Below, piece after piece: positions 14,513-28,700 of a stretch of 64,000 nucleotides of DNA (position 1 is its first letter; every line of letters starts with the position of its first letter). The notes under the pieces are model-generated. The model ran no database searches. It had not been told where the DNA came from and saw nothing but the letters and a program-made list of their open reading frames with translations. The DNA is from the human T2T-CHM13v2.0 reference genome, Homo sapiens. The position numbers and the translations under genes are program-made. The DNA lies in NCBI RefSeq assembly GCF_009914755.1, contig NC_060929.1. One strand, given 5' to 3'.

Positions 14513-14799
14513 CAGCATTTCCCAAAGTGGTATTCTGTAGGCTGCTAAGAGTAGTATGGTAGAAAAAGTATTCTGTGCTGTGAAAATTAGGGAACTGCTA
14601 GTTCAACACATTTAACAGATTTTGTAAATTTTTCCTATGACTTGGTTTTCTGGTAGTTTTTAACCTAGATCTTTAATTACATTATTATGTATTGTGAATT
14701 TGGGGTGTTTTATAATTTAGTTAACCATGAGCCCTTTGTAGCGCCTGTTAATGAAACCCTGAAAAAGCTTCCGGAGAACACCAGTTTGGGAAGTGTTGG
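14513..14799. mobile_element. Non-autonomous hAT-Charlie-type element
   Basis: Terminal inverted repeats cagcatttcccaaa ... tttgggaagtgttg. Confidence 0.55.
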
Positions 14800-15008
14800 T
14801 TTACTGATTAGTCCATTTGTGCCTGTTCTTGGGAAGCAGGGTATTAAAGTGGAAAGGTTTTGACTGACAACTAGGAGACCTGGTTTCCAGGCCTTCTTTC
14901 TATTATGTAGAACATAGTTTGGTAAATTAATCAAATATTTCTATACTTGAAGTTTCTTCTTTGTTTGATATTTGTTCAAAGAGTGACCACTGAATATTCT
15001 TATTATTC

Positions 15009-15481
15009 TGTGCATTAATTTCCTAGGCTGACCATAACAAAGTACCCAAAACTAGGTGGCTTAGATAAACAAAAACTCCTTTTTCTCACGGTTCTGGGGG
15101 CTAAGAGTTGGAAATCAAGGTGAGAGCAGGGCTGCACTCTCTGGCGGCTCTCAGGGAGGAACCTTCTTGGCCTCTTCTAGCTTCTGCCATTCCCCGGCAA
15201 TCCTTGACATGCATTGTCTGGTAGTTGCATCACTGCAATCACATGGCCATTTTCTCCCTGTGGGTCTTCACATCATCTCCCTCTGTGCATGTCTGTTTCC
15301 GTATCCAAATTTCCCCTTTTGATGAAGACATCAGGCATATCAGATTAGAACCTACCCTAACGACCTCATTTTAACTCGATTACGTCTTTAAGACCTGGTT
15401 TCCAAATAAGGTCACATTCTGAGGTACTGGGATTAGGACTTCAACATATCTTTTTGGGAGGACACAATTCAACCCATAACA
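15009..15481 (-). mobile_element. MLT1C-type MaLR solo LTR
   Basis: ttaatttcctaggctgaccataacaaagtacc ... ggattaggacttcaacatatctttttgggaggacacaattcaacccataaca. Confidence 0.85.
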
Positions 15482-15654
15482 AACAGCCATCAACAAAGTT
15501 TGCTTTGTCATCTGAGATACATTAAATTTGCAAATCCTGCCTTTTTTTAGGAACTGTACTCCCCCAACACTGCTGTCCTGCTAACTCCATTCCCCTTACT
15601 CTACTCAGTTCTTTTTATTGCCTGCTTTGCCTATCTCTGGGCTGGTCTAAGACT

Positions 15655-15800
15655 TTGCTGCACAATCTATGGTTCCTGTATCGGCAGCAGCATCAGTATC
15701 ATCTAGAAGCTTGTTAGAAATGAGAATCATAGGCCCCATCTCAGACCTCTGGAATCATTATCTGCATTTTAAAGATCTCTAAAGGATTCACAGGCACATT
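15655..15800. mobile_element. MER5A-type hAT fragment
   Basis: cagcagcatcagtatcatctagaagcttgttagaaatg ... tctgcattttaaagatc. Confidence 0.7.
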
Positions 15801-15814
15801 TTTTTGTTCCCTTT

Positions 15815-16650
15815 ATTTTTAGTTGATCTGTAATAATTGTACCTATTTATGGGATGCAGAGTGATATTTTGAATGTGTAATAATAATCAAATCAGGGGAA
15901 TAAGTATATCCAATACTTCAAACATTTATCATTTCTTTGTGTTGTGAACATTCAAAATCCTCTCATAGCTTTTTGAAACTATACAGTAAATTATAGTTAA
16001 CCATATTCACAGAACACCAGAACTTTTTCCTCCTATCTAGCTGTACTTTTGTGTCTGTTAACCAACTTCTTCCAAGCCTCCCCCACCCCTACACTTCCCA
16101 GCCTCTAGTACCCACAATTCTACCCTCTACTTCCATGAGCTCAAGCATTTTTTTTTTCAGTCCCACAAGAGTAAGAACATGGGGTATTTATCTTTCTGTG
16201 CCTGACATTTCAGTTAACATAATGTCCTCCATGCTCATCCATGTTGCCATGAGTAATAGGATTTCAATCTTTTTTTAGGGCCAAATAGTGTAATATTTCA
16301 TTGTGTGTATATATACATTTTCTTTATCCATTCTCTGTTGATGGACATTTAGGTTGCTTCCATATCTTAGTTATTGTGAATAGTGCTGCAATAAACACGG
16401 AGGTGCAGATATCCCTTCGATAAACCGACTTCCTTTCCTCTGGTTAAATACCCAGTAGTAGAATTGCTGGATCATATGGTAGTTCTATTTTTAGTTTTTT
16501 GAGAAACCTCCACACTGTTTTCCATAATGGCTGTCCTAGTTTACATTCCCACCAGCAGTGTATAGGAGCTCTCTTTTCTCCACATCCTTGCCAGCATTTG
16601 TTATTTTTTGTAGTTTTGAAAATAGCCATTCTAACTGGGGTGAGATTCAC
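15815..16650 (-). mobile_element. L1MA 3' end
   Basis: ORF 16444-16650(-) reads as the L1 ORF2 C-terminus (LTPVRMA...[32 protein letters not shown]). Confidence 0.9.
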
Positions 16651-17519
16651 ATTACGGTTTAGAAGCAGTGGATTGAAGAATTAGCTCCCATGAGATCAGC
16701 CTTTTTCTAAAGGTGAAATAGGAAATTACCTCTACTCTTAAACCTTATTTGGCTCTCTCCAGGTGTTCTCTGGTGCTGCTGTCCTGGTTTCTTGTCATCT
16801 GCACCCCCGACTTGTTCTGTGTGGCCCCTTGTTTGTATTATCTGGTTTGACTCATCTCCAGGTATCAGCCTCTGTCATCAGGACTTCCTAAGTCTTTCTC
16901 CTTTACTGGTTAGCCACCTTGCATTTATATTCTGCTGCTGCTGCCTGAGCCCCAGTATGCTATAAATAAGTGTCACTGTGCCTGGATTACAGGAGTTATA
17001 ACAACAAAGCAAGTCAAAGACTTATCAAACAGATACATTATTGTATCCTCAAATGACACCAGAATGTTGGTCTCATTAGATTCACAATGTGTATGATGTC
17101 TCTTTCCCCGTTACTAATATAATCCACGAAGCTAAAACAGAAGCTGCCCACCAGCTGGGAAAGTGTGTGATGTAAAGCAAAATCAAAATATTATGATATT
17201 GAAGTTATAATAGTATGTGTATAATTATGCTGGCTCTCTTTTGCATTGGATTCTCTCCGAGGTAGAAAATGAAATTGCCTTCTTTTGATAAAAAAAGTAA
17301 AATCCCATTTTTATAGGACACCATTTATAACAGAAATATCAGTAACATGAAAATGAAAGTGGTACAAAGGCAACTAATGAGCATGGAGGACATGTCATTT
17401 TTATTCTATTTGTAAATTCTAATTCTCTAATAAAAGGAAAACAGAAGAACACTAAATTTATTATACTTTGTTATTAAGGCAAACATTCTTTTAAATAAAA
17501 CATTGGGATTAATTTCCAA

Positions 17520-20500
17520 CTTTTTTCATTTTTAAATTATTATTTAAATAGTAGATATTTATGGTATACAACATGATGTTTTGAAATATGCATACACAGT
17601 GGAATAACTAAGTTAGGCTTAACAATGTAAGCATTACCTTATGTACTTACCATTTTTTTCTGGTGAGAATATTTAAAATCTACTCTTAGCAATGTTCAAG
17701 TATACAACACATCTTTATTAACTGCAGTCAACCTGTTGTACAATAGATCTCTTGAACTCATTGCCCCTGTCTAACTGAAATTTTGTATCCTTTGACCAAC
17801 ATTTCCCCAGTCACCCTGACACTCCAGCCCCAGGTAAACACCATTCTACTCTCTGCTTTGGTAGGTTCAACTTTTTGAGATTTCACATAGAAGTGAAATC
17901 ACGTGATATTTGTCTTTCTCTTTGTGGCTTATTTCACTTAGCATAATGTCCTCCAGGCTCATCCATGTTGCTAATGATAGACTTTCCTTCTTTTTAAGGT
18001 TGAATAGCAGTTCATTGTGTATCTATACCACATTTTCCTTTTTTAAATTAAAAATTTAAATTGGACATAAAAATTATACATATTTATGGGGTATAGTACG
18101 TAGAGATGTTGCAATATATATAGTGTATAGTGATCAATATTACCATATCGATAATCTCAAATATATATCATTTCTTTGTGTTGGGAGCATTCAGTATCCT
18201 CCTTCTAGCTATTTGAAACTAATATATTATTGTTAACTATAGTTATCCTACAGTGCTATAGAACACTAGAACTTTTTTCCTTTCTAGCTGTAATTTTGTA
18301 TCCTTTAAAAGATTCCTCCCTATCCTCCCCTTCTCACCACCCTAGCCTCTAGTATACTCTGTTCTGCTTTTTACTTCTCTGAGATCAACTTCTTTTTTTT
18401 GTTTTAGCTTCCGCATATGAATGAGAACATGGTGTTTAGCTTTCTGTTCCTGGCTTATCTCATATAACATACTGTCTTGCAATTCCATCCATGTTGCAAC
18501 AAATGACAGGATTTCATTATTTTTATGGCTGAATAGTACTCCATTGTGCATATCTATCTATCTATTTATCTATCTATCTACATATATGTATATATAACAT
18601 TTAAATTTCCATACCTTGGCTATTGTAAATAGTGCTACAATAAATACGAGGGTGCAGATGTCTCTTTGGTATATTGATTTCCTTTCCCTTGGGTAAATGG
18701 CTATCAGTGGGATTCCTGGATCATATGGTAGTTCTGTCTGTAGTTTTTTGAGGAACCCCCATGCTGTTCTCCATAGTGGCAATACTAGCTTATATTTCCA
18801 CCAACAGTGTACAGGCTTTCTCCTTCCTCCACATACTTGCCAGCATTTGTTATTTTCTGTCTTTCTGATAGTAGCCATCTTAAATGGGGTGAGATAATAG
18901 TTCATTTGGATTTTGATTTGTATTTCCCTGACGATTAGTAATACTGAGCATTTTTTTTTCATATATTTGTTGGCCACTCCATGTTTTCTTTTGCAAAATG
19001 TCTGTTGAGATTATTGGCTCATTTGTTATTATTATTATTATACTTTAAGTTCTGGGATACATCTGCAGAATGTGCAGGTTTGTTACATAAGTATACATGT
19101 GCCATGGTAGTTTGCTGCACCCATCAACCCATCATCTAGGTTTAAAGGCCCACATGCATTAGGTATTTGTCCTAATGTTCTCCCTCTTCTTGCCCCCCAC
19201 CTTCCAACAGGCCCTGGTGTGTGATGTCACCTTCCAACAGGCCCCGGTGTGTGATGTCCCCTTCCCTGTGTCCATGTGTTCTCATTCTTCAGCTCCCACT
19301 TATGAGCGAGAACATGCAGTGTTTGGTTTTCTGTTCCTGTGTTAGTTTGTTGAGAATGATGGTTTCCAGCTTCATCCATGTACCTGCAAAGGACATGAAC
19401 TTATTCTTTTTTATGGCTGCATAGTATTCTGTGGTGTATATGTGCCACATTTTCTTTATCCAGTCTATCATTGATGAGCATTTTGGTTGGTTCCAAGTCT
19501 GCTATTGTAATAGTGCTGCAATTGGCTCATTTTTAAATCAGATTGTTTGTTTCTTTGTTTGCTTTGCTGTTGAGTTCTTTGAGTTTTTTATATATTCTGG
19601 ATATTAATCTCTGTTGGATGAGTAGTTCACAAATATTTTCTCTCATTCTGTAGATTGTCTTTTCACTCTATGATTCTTTCCTTTATTGTGCAAAAGCCTT
19701 TTAGTTTCATATAATCCCATTTGTTTATTTGTGCTTATGTTACCTGTGCTTTTGAGGTCTTATTCATAAAATATTTTCCCAGACCAATGTCCTGTAGCAT
19801 TTTCAGTATGTTTTATTCCAGTAGTTTTATAGTTTCAGGTCTTGGATTCATTTTTAGTTGATTTTTATATAAAGTGAAAGGAGAGAGTCTAGTTTCATTC
19901 TTCTGCATATGAATCTCCAGCTTTCCCAGCACCATTTATTGAAGCGACTGTCCTTTCCCCAATGTATGTTCTTGATGTCTTTGTCAAAAGTCAGTTGGCT
20001 GTAGCTACATGAATTAATTGCTCTGTGCTCTATTCTCCTCCATTGGTCTCTGTGTCTGTTTTTATGCTAGCACCATGCTGTTTTTGTTACTGCAGCTTGT
20101 AGTATATTTTGAAGTCTGATAGTATGATGCCTGCAGCTTTATTCTTTTTAGTCATGATTGCTTTGACTATTTGGGGCCTTTTGTGGCTTGATACAAATTT
20201 TGGGATTTTAAAAATATTTTTGTGAAAAATGTCATTGGCATTTTGAGAGAGATTGCATTGAATCTCTAGATTGCTTTGGGCTGAAGTTTCTTTATTCATT
20301 CATCTGTTAGTGGACACTTTGATTCCATATCTTGGCTATTGTGAATAATGCTGCAATGAACATGGAAGTGCAGATATCTAATGACAAATCACATTACACC
20401 TGTTAGAATAGCTATCATAAAAAAGGCAAAGAATAACAAGTGTTGGCAAGGATGTGGAGAAAAGGGAACCCTTGTACTCTGTTGGTAGGAATGTAAATCA

Positions 20501-20600
20501 GTACAGTCATTATGGAGAACGGTATGGAGGGTCCTCAGGAGATTAAAAATAGAACTACTGCATTATCCAGCAATCCCACTGCTCTGTATTTATTCAAAGC
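17520..20600 (-). mobile_element. Nested L1 cluster: outer L1MA (17520-18038, 20287-20379, inverted part 20380-20600) with an inner L1MA (18040-20280)
   Basis: Two successive L1 3' ends; ORF 18570-18977(-) is ORF2 C-terminal; the outer copy resumes at ~20287. Confidence 0.85.
19025..19520 (-). mobile_element. 5'-truncated L1PA insertion
   Basis: tactttaagttctgggatacat 3' end; ORF MIDWIKKMWHIYT.EYYAAIKK; perfect TSD attggctcattt at 19013-19024 and 19521-19532. Confidence 0.95.
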
Positions 20601-23600
20601 AACTTATCTTTTTTAGAAAAGAAAATTAATTTGGATCATCTTGATTGCTATTTACTCCATTATAATAAGGAATTACTACCCTCTTATGAGAAATATCCGT
20701 TTTTTTTTCTATTGTTACTAACAGTATGTTTTGTGGAGCTAGAGACTCTTTTTAAACTAGAAATATTTATTACTCGTTTTTCTTATTTTTATACAAATCC
20801 AAAGAATGTGTTTCACTTAATGCAATTTGCCACTATCTATATGCAATTATGTGAAATTCTTTAGCTTTATTTAAAAAATCTATACTAGTTATTTTCTACA
20901 AGTCCATTTTTTTTTAGTGTGAGTAATGTTTTAAATGGAGTTGTTTGCCTGATACTTGATCATCAACAATCCTTACTGATGCCGTCCAGTTAGATTGAGA
21001 TGTTGAGATCCAAATGGGAAACAGTCAGCAACAAGTGCTATCTTGTTAACATAGTATGTGTCATGCTCTTCCATTAAATGTATTTGTGGCTAGGTATCCT
21101 AGAAAGAAAACATTTCTTGGTTACCTATTACCAGGAGAGTGCATGCACTGAAAAACAGAGGAGGCTGGAAGTAGACTGGCAAAGATTGACTCAGATGCAA
21201 TAGAATTGGAGCTCGGTGTTTCTTGTTCTGCTACTAAATCACTTATAGGACTCTAGGCATTTAATTAACCTCTCTGGATCTCATTTTCTTTCTATACAGG
21301 TAGGCTTCTGCTTATGACAGGAGAGTGGTTGTAATATGAAATATGGAAATGAGCTAAATGGAAACAATTTAAGTAAGAATGCTTTACTATTCATTTACTT
21401 ACTTATTAAACAAACAGTTTTGAACACCCATCTATTGCCAAGCAACATCTCTGACTTGAAGAGCTAACTCACAATCTAAGGAATATATCATATGCTGGCA
21501 ACTGAGGGCAGTGGGAGGCAGGAGACAGGTCTTTCATGCACAGTAGGAAGGACCAGACTTGACTCTTATTAGCTGGGCGAACCTGGGTATATCATCCACC
21601 TTCATTTTTCCATCTGAGAAATTAAGCAATATTCTTATCTGCCAGGGAAAGAGGACTATAAATTTAAAAGCACTGTAAAAACATTAGTTATTATCCTTAT
21701 TAATTTATAAGAACTTAGCAAAACCATGTTGCTAAACTCTCAACTAAAGGAACGGCTGTAATGCTTTAAACTTTTCTTGAATACTTAGAAAAGTTCAGGA
21801 TAGAAAGTAGAAATTATCATAAATACATTGTACTAAAATATGTTATGGAAATCCATAACTCTAATTTATTTTCTCAACTCCAACCTAGAACTTACTAAAA
21901 ATTTAAGTAATCACTCATCTCTTAACTACAAAGCCCTTTTAGATGAAAGATTCTCTATGACTTCAAAGTAACATTATTGACGAGGTTTCATCATCCACCC
22001 TCAGTCCACAGACTGGGTGATCAGCCCCTAAATAACGTTAGTTGTCTTTGAGAGATGCAGTTATTTCGCACGAATATTGCTTAAACATGAGTCAGCACTG
22101 ATCTGCTTCTTGTGCAGGCAAGGGGAGTTAAATTCCTACAGCCAGAAAAGGCAGCTGTGTTCCCTGGAGGCCCCTTTAGTAGCTCTGGCTGGACCTAGAA
22201 GAGTATCCACAGGATGCAGATATGTAAATAAGGTTGGAAGAAGGAAAGGAGAATCTTTGAAGGAGACACTGAAGAGATGTCCCAAGTGAGAGAGGCTCTA
22301 GGAGGTTCCAAACTGCAGGTTAGGATTCAACAGTGAGCTCGCGCAAGTCTTATGGCCTCTCTGCTTGTCAGTTTTCTCATTGGTAATAATGATCTCTGAG
22401 GATCATTCAGAGGAGGATGTAAATGAAATGATAGGTAAGCACTGACACAGAGCCTGGCATATAGTAGATGCCCTAAGAGCTAGCTATTCATCATCATCAT
22501 TGTCATCTAATTCTCCCTTCCTTCCTCTGGAGTCAGATGCCCACGAGCTGCCCTGCTTCCCAAACTCTGGGGTTCAGGCTGTGCCTGTAGGTAGGGTTTC
22601 TTGCTGATGGAATGGTGACTTTTAATTAATGTTCTAAATCTCTCAGAGATAAGCTCTTGTTACTTGTTATCTACAGGGTCTCTCAGGCCCTCTTGGCCTT
22701 CTCCCCTGTCATATAGAACGTGTTGCCATTTTTTTCTCTCTCCCATCAATTAAAAAAAAAAAAACTATAATCTTTGCAACATTTATGACCCTGTTTCCTT
22801 GGTCACAAGCAAATTATCACGTGTCTGTTGCATGATTTTAGTGTTATTCCACATTTTCAGTCTTGCCATTCTATAATGGATGGAATTTCTACATTTTGCA
22901 AAATGTTGCAACCAGTGTGGATCTTCCTAAATTTTGGGGGGATCATTCTTAAATTGGCCCCTGATTTTTCTTTAGGAACTTTTAAATACAACACACACAA
23001 CACAGCACAACTTTTGTTATTTCTTTTAACATTTAGAAAAAGATGTTTCTTGTAGAAGCTGGCAATTTAGATACATATTTGCATGTTACTTAAGTAGTAT
23101 TTATGCCATTCTCTTGTACTCTAATAGCTAAGAGGTGATTATGTGTATTACCACTTCTAACAGTCTTATTAATTACAGAAATTATAGAAAATACAGTCTA
23201 TGTTCACTTCACTTTTGTGTCCCCAGTGCTTAATATAACACCTGGTATAATAAACTAGGCAGTATAATTTTAAATGAATAAATAAAGGATTTTTATGCAG
23301 GAAAAAAATGTCAGTACTTATAAGTTTATTTATGGTTAAGAATTTATGGAAAAAAACCAAAGCTATATCAAATAAAAAAATTAGACAAGAAAGTTGGAGA
23401 TTAATCTTTACAATATAATTATGGCTTTAACACCAAAACAGCCAATGGTCTTATCTAAAAGTGTGAGTACTCTTTTCTACAGATAAGATGCCTGTAATAA
23501 ATAAGAGTCTTTATTCTGCTGTAGAATTCTGCAGTTCGAATGCTTAGAAAGAAAACCCAGGTACTATAATTTTCCTTCCAGACTTTTTGCTTTCAGGATA

Positions 23601-24199
23601 TTTAGAGACAATTTTCTCGAAAGAGTAAAATTAAATTATATGCAAAGAAGAGTAGAATGTTAGACTGTTGAGGAAAGATATCCCACTGAGAAAGCATTTG
23701 TCAGGGTCATGGCTATATTTTGAGGGGAAAATTTTAAATTACAGCATAGAGGTGAATGATAGCTACTACAAGAATAATGATCACTGGGAAATATGAGTTC
23801 AAGTGAGGGAAATTACCACAGTCTTTTACAGGAATAAATTATCACTTACATAACCTTAAAAATTAAGATTAAGGCAATCCAGGACTTATTTACCAGGTTA
23901 CAAAAGTAAGGATTCTATGATCAAAAGCACTTTTTAGTGATGCTATTAGTAGTAACAGCATTAATTATAAAAGATAGAACATAGCACAATGCATATTCAA
24001 GATATTATTTTCTCCTGTCATGAAGTAGATAATTATTAGGTAAATCATATTATAGTCAAAATTTTCCAGAGGCAGGCATAGAAAACTTAAATTCAAGCAG
24101 CATTAATTCAGAGTTTAATGAATGCAGGACTACTTGTCACCCAAGAGGACAGTGAAGAAAGAAAAGATGTCTGCAATTCAGCCCATGCATAATGATGCT

Positions 24200-24440
24200 G
24201 GCTAACAATTATATAGCACCTACTATGTAATAAAAATTATTAGATCCTCACAACAACTCTCTGCAGTTGTTATTTTTATGTCCATTATTACTTATAAAGT
24301 GCTATTATTACGCCCATTTTATAGATGGGGAAATGGAGGCACAGAAAAGTACTATAAACTTGCTCAATGTAATAGTGGTTAATGATGGGATTTGAATCCT
24401 GGCAGCTTTCACTCAAAGCCAGACTCATATTCTACACCAT
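24200..24440 (-). mobile_element. MIR
   Basis: Core cccattttatagatggggaaatggaggcacaga ... gggatttgaatcctggcag. Confidence 0.75.
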
Positions 24441-24441
24441 C

Positions 24442-24741
<300 letters not shown>

Positions 24742-24774
24742 CACTATCCTATTTTCAAGAAAGTAAAATACCCG

Positions 24775-25112
24775 GGCTGGGCGCGGTGGCTCATGCCTGT
24801 AATCCCAGCACTTTCGGAGGCTGAAGTGGGCTGATCACGAGGTCAGGAGATCAAGACCATCCTGGCTAACACGGTGAAACCCCGTCTCTACTAAAAATGC
24901 AAAAAATTTGCTGGGCGTAGTGGCGGGTGCCTGTAGTCCCAGCCACTAGGGAGGCTGAGGCGGGAGAATGGCGTTAACCCAGGAGGCGGAGCTTGCAGTG
25001 AGCCGAGAACGCGCCACTGCACTCCAGGCTGGGCGACAGAGCGAGATAACGCGCCACTGCACTCCAGGCTGGGCGACAGAGCGAGATAACGTCTCAAAAA
25101 AAAAAAAAAAAA
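24775..25112 (+). mobile_element. AluY with an internal 40-bp tandem duplication
   Basis: Y diagnostics (gaccatcctggctaacacggtg, gagaatggcg, gagcttgcag); TSD aaagtaaaataccc / aaagtaaaatgccc. Confidence 0.95.
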
Positions 25113-25519
25113 AGTAAAATGCCCAAACATTGTGTTAATTCTTAAAAAGATAAACCATTTAGACTTTGTTGCACAAACTGACGTGTGTTCTGTAACCTAC
25201 TCAGTTCAGCTAACAGCAGTAACTATTCTATTTTAAGCAATTCTACTTCACATTAGTTAGATTCAGTTTTTCAATTTGTCTGCTGGATTCTCCAGCCAAC
25301 GGTCACGCCATGGCTATTGTGTGGAGCAGTAATGAATGTTCAGACCACCTGGAAGAACCAGTAGGCAGGGAGATTTTCAGGTCTTGCCTGAAGGGAGCTT
25401 CCTCATGTTGTCTGATGCTGGGTGGTCCCAGAGAGCAGCCAACCTGCTGTGCTTTTTAATCGTGCCAAATCTTCACTGCGATTAGGAAACTGTGTAGTCA
25501 GATACAGTGCCTTAAGTTG

Positions 25520-26780
25520 ACTCGATTTTGCTTAAACAATTAAAAAATGTAGTATCTATCACAAAAAGGTGTCTAAAGTTAGAAGAATTTCAGGATTACA
25601 TTCAGTGGCTCAACACTATCATCAAGGATCTGGGTTTTCCCTTTTAATCCTCTGCGATCCATAGTGAGTTGGCTTTGTCTGGTCACAGGATAGGAGTTAC
25701 AGCCAGATCCAATAATGCACAGAGGAAGAGGAAATCATTTTATCTAGAAGACCTTTTCTCATGTCTTATTGATCAGAACTAGGTAGCTCCCAGGCCAACC
25801 ACTGGCAAGGGGAATGGAGCTGCTATGATTGGATTTGACAGAAGCCCTGTAACTGGGGAATCTCTTCAGTCACGGGAGGAAGGATACACAGACACTTTGC
25901 TCTGCTGGCAAGGGAAAGAGAAAAGGATCTTGGATTGGCCACCAACAGCATCCGCTATAGGATAAACTGCTCACTTCGACTGCTCACTTCAATAAGATAT
26001 ATTCATAATACTGCCCATATGTCTAGTTACGAGAAAGGTTCATTGTTGTTTCCTGCTTTCAGAGAAATTTTTGTATGTCTAGTTTTAATTTAACACTAGG
26101 CTCTTTAACTTTACAGGAAAAACACTGCATAAACATGGCATCCAAAGAGAGGAAGCAGAGACATGATGCACCAACTACTACTTTAGTAATTGAAGAGAGA
26201 GAGAAGAGCCTGAAGTCATTCAATAATTAGATCAAATAATTTACTAATGGATCATTTGTCTTCCCTTCCAATGTAAGTTTAAATTCTTATTACAGAGAGG
26301 GACAAGGAAATTGTGGAAAAAACACAAAGAATTTGAGACTCCTAGAACCTAAATATTGGCCCAACTACAAGTACCAGAAAATCAAAATTCCAATACATTG
26401 AACAAACAGGAGTTCATCTTTTTCTCCAGGTAGGTAGGCAAGTATAGAGCTCCATGGCAACATCAATGACTCAGGATCCTTTTATCTTTCTATTCCAGCT
26501 TCCTTAGCAAGTTGGCTAATTGCTCCATGGTCACAAGATAGCTGCTGAATCTCTAGAAATCATTCCCAAGTCCCATTCAGGAAGAAAATAAAAGGGTGCA
26601 TTGGCTTTTTCTGTTTCCCTCTTCTCAGAACTCTCTCAGCAGACTTTCACTTACGTGTTATATAGTCCAGAACTGGATGGCATGGCTCCCCACCGTGTGC
26701 AAGGGAGATTCAACAGGATTTGGTTTTTCAGCCTCTGTTGGGAGAGACCAAGAGACAGAAGGAGACTGGGTAACACTGTC
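25520..26780 (-). mobile_element. Two ancient MLT1-type LTR relics (~25520-25950 and ~26365-26780)
   Basis: catcaaggatctgggtt, tggtcacaagatagctgctg and ttcacttacgtgttatatagtccagaactgg resemble old MLT1 (J/K/L) LTRs. Confidence 0.5.
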
Positions 26781-28479
26781 CACCGTAACCACTTAGTATA
26801 GTGATAACTCTGGGCAAATATTAATTACTACTGGGCTAGTTGAAAGTTTCTGGGAAGCAAATCAGTTGCTAAGCACATGCTCTATGAGAACCCATAATAT
26901 AAATAAGAAGAAGAAAAAAGAAGGTTTAAATGTTGGCTTACTTAGAGGAATGCCTAGTTTCTTCTCTATCACTGTGGTAACCACTAGGTTACAACTGTTA
27001 CCTTTTCTCACAGAAAGACAATTCCAAAACAGACCTCAAATGAAAATGCTACACAAATAATGGATTAATTGGGTACCATTTCTACTCTTCTCATCATGTT
27101 TTACAAGCAGTTGAAATAATATGTGCCCCTCCCAGTCCCTTTTTAGTATTTGTCAGTAGAATAGAGTGTCAAAAACGACTTACGATGCCTAAAACATTTA
27201 GAAATTAAAATAGCATGTGGTGGTGCCATGACCTTTTCAATATGCTGGTGTTTCAATTGTTCAGCCATTCCTCTTGTTCTTTTTCCTGACTGTTCTTTAT
27301 CAGAGGAAAAGGTAAATTGGCACCTCAAGTATGGAGTACTCAAAGGAACTAAACAGCACATTATTGAAACAATTCAGAGGCAATCCCGCATAGCTTCCAA
27401 GTGCCATGGAAACAAAAGATGGTAACTTTATTAATTGTGAAAGGTTGGGGGAACGAATTTAGTATCTTGCTTTGCCAGTTTTCCTCTAGTGCACAGTATA
27501 GTTTCCAGGACCTGCATACAAACATCAGTTCATGATCAAAATGTGACCTTGCCTGTCCCGATGAATAAAACTAATAAATTCCCCAATGATATGCTTATTA
27601 TGCTTCTCTGAGGGAAGATGGTTGCTTTCGTGTCATTGTGGTTCCATAATATCTCTTGGAAGGAGGCTTCTGAGGATGCCCAAGCTGCTCCTCTGGGTTT
27701 CCCTAACACCCTGCATGCGCTCATCGTGTAGAAATTGCCACATAGCGTTACAGGTTTCTGTTCACTTATTTCGTCTGCCCAGTGGGAATGTGATTTCCTG
27801 AAGAGCACCTAGCACATGCCTAAAACACAAAAGGACTTCACTAAACATTTGCTGAATAACTACCACCTGTGCCAAGAAGCAGACCGGCTTCCGCTACAAC
27901 TGACAGCCCTTCTCTCCTGCTAGTCAGAGATTCTCTGTCTTGGAAGAGACTTTAGGAAACAGCAGACATCTTGGATGTGTGCCTGCCTGCATTACCACCT
28001 TCTCCAGTTTTATCCTAAAGCTGACTTCAGTACAGCTCTCCCCAAACTGTGGAAACTTTGGATGACTACCTAAGAACTCCACAAACTCAAGCAGCTTTAA
28101 AGCCACTCTGCAACTTTCCTACAATGAAAGAGGAGGCAGGTACCATTCTCAGATAATACCGATGAATTCAGAAACCAAAATAAATCTGAAAAAATGTAGT
28201 GCTTCACACTTACATTTATACCCTTCTCCCTTCTTGCTTTATTCCCCAGAAGTGAGTAGCTCCTGAAACTGATAGCCAAGAGATGTTCAGGAAGAACCTG
28301 TCCCCAAACAGGTGTTTGCACACCCAAGTTATGTAGGTGTCGGAGTAGAGCATGTACTGATATGTGAAATTATATATTTAGCAAGAAGGAAACCCACTAC
28401 TTTTCTATCTGACTCCATTAAAAAAGGAGAATGAGGAAGCCATAACACATGTGACAGTGACTGATAAAGCATACTATAT

Positions 28480-28700
28480 TGGCTGAGTGAGGCCCCTGGA
28501 ATGGAAGGGTGAATTCCAGATCTGCCACTTCGTAGCTGTGTGATCTTGGTCACTTAACTTCTTTAATCCTGGGTGGTCACATAGGTATTAGAATAAAGAT
28601 AATGACACGGCCTACATCACATGGGGTTGTTAGGAGAATTAGCTGTAATGTGCAGAGCTTGGCTATTGGTGAATTCTTAACAAGTATTAGCTGTAACTAT
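28480..28700 (+). mobile_element. MIR
   Basis: tctgccacttcgtagctgtgtgatcttggtcacttaac ... ggttgttaggagaatta. Confidence 0.7.
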
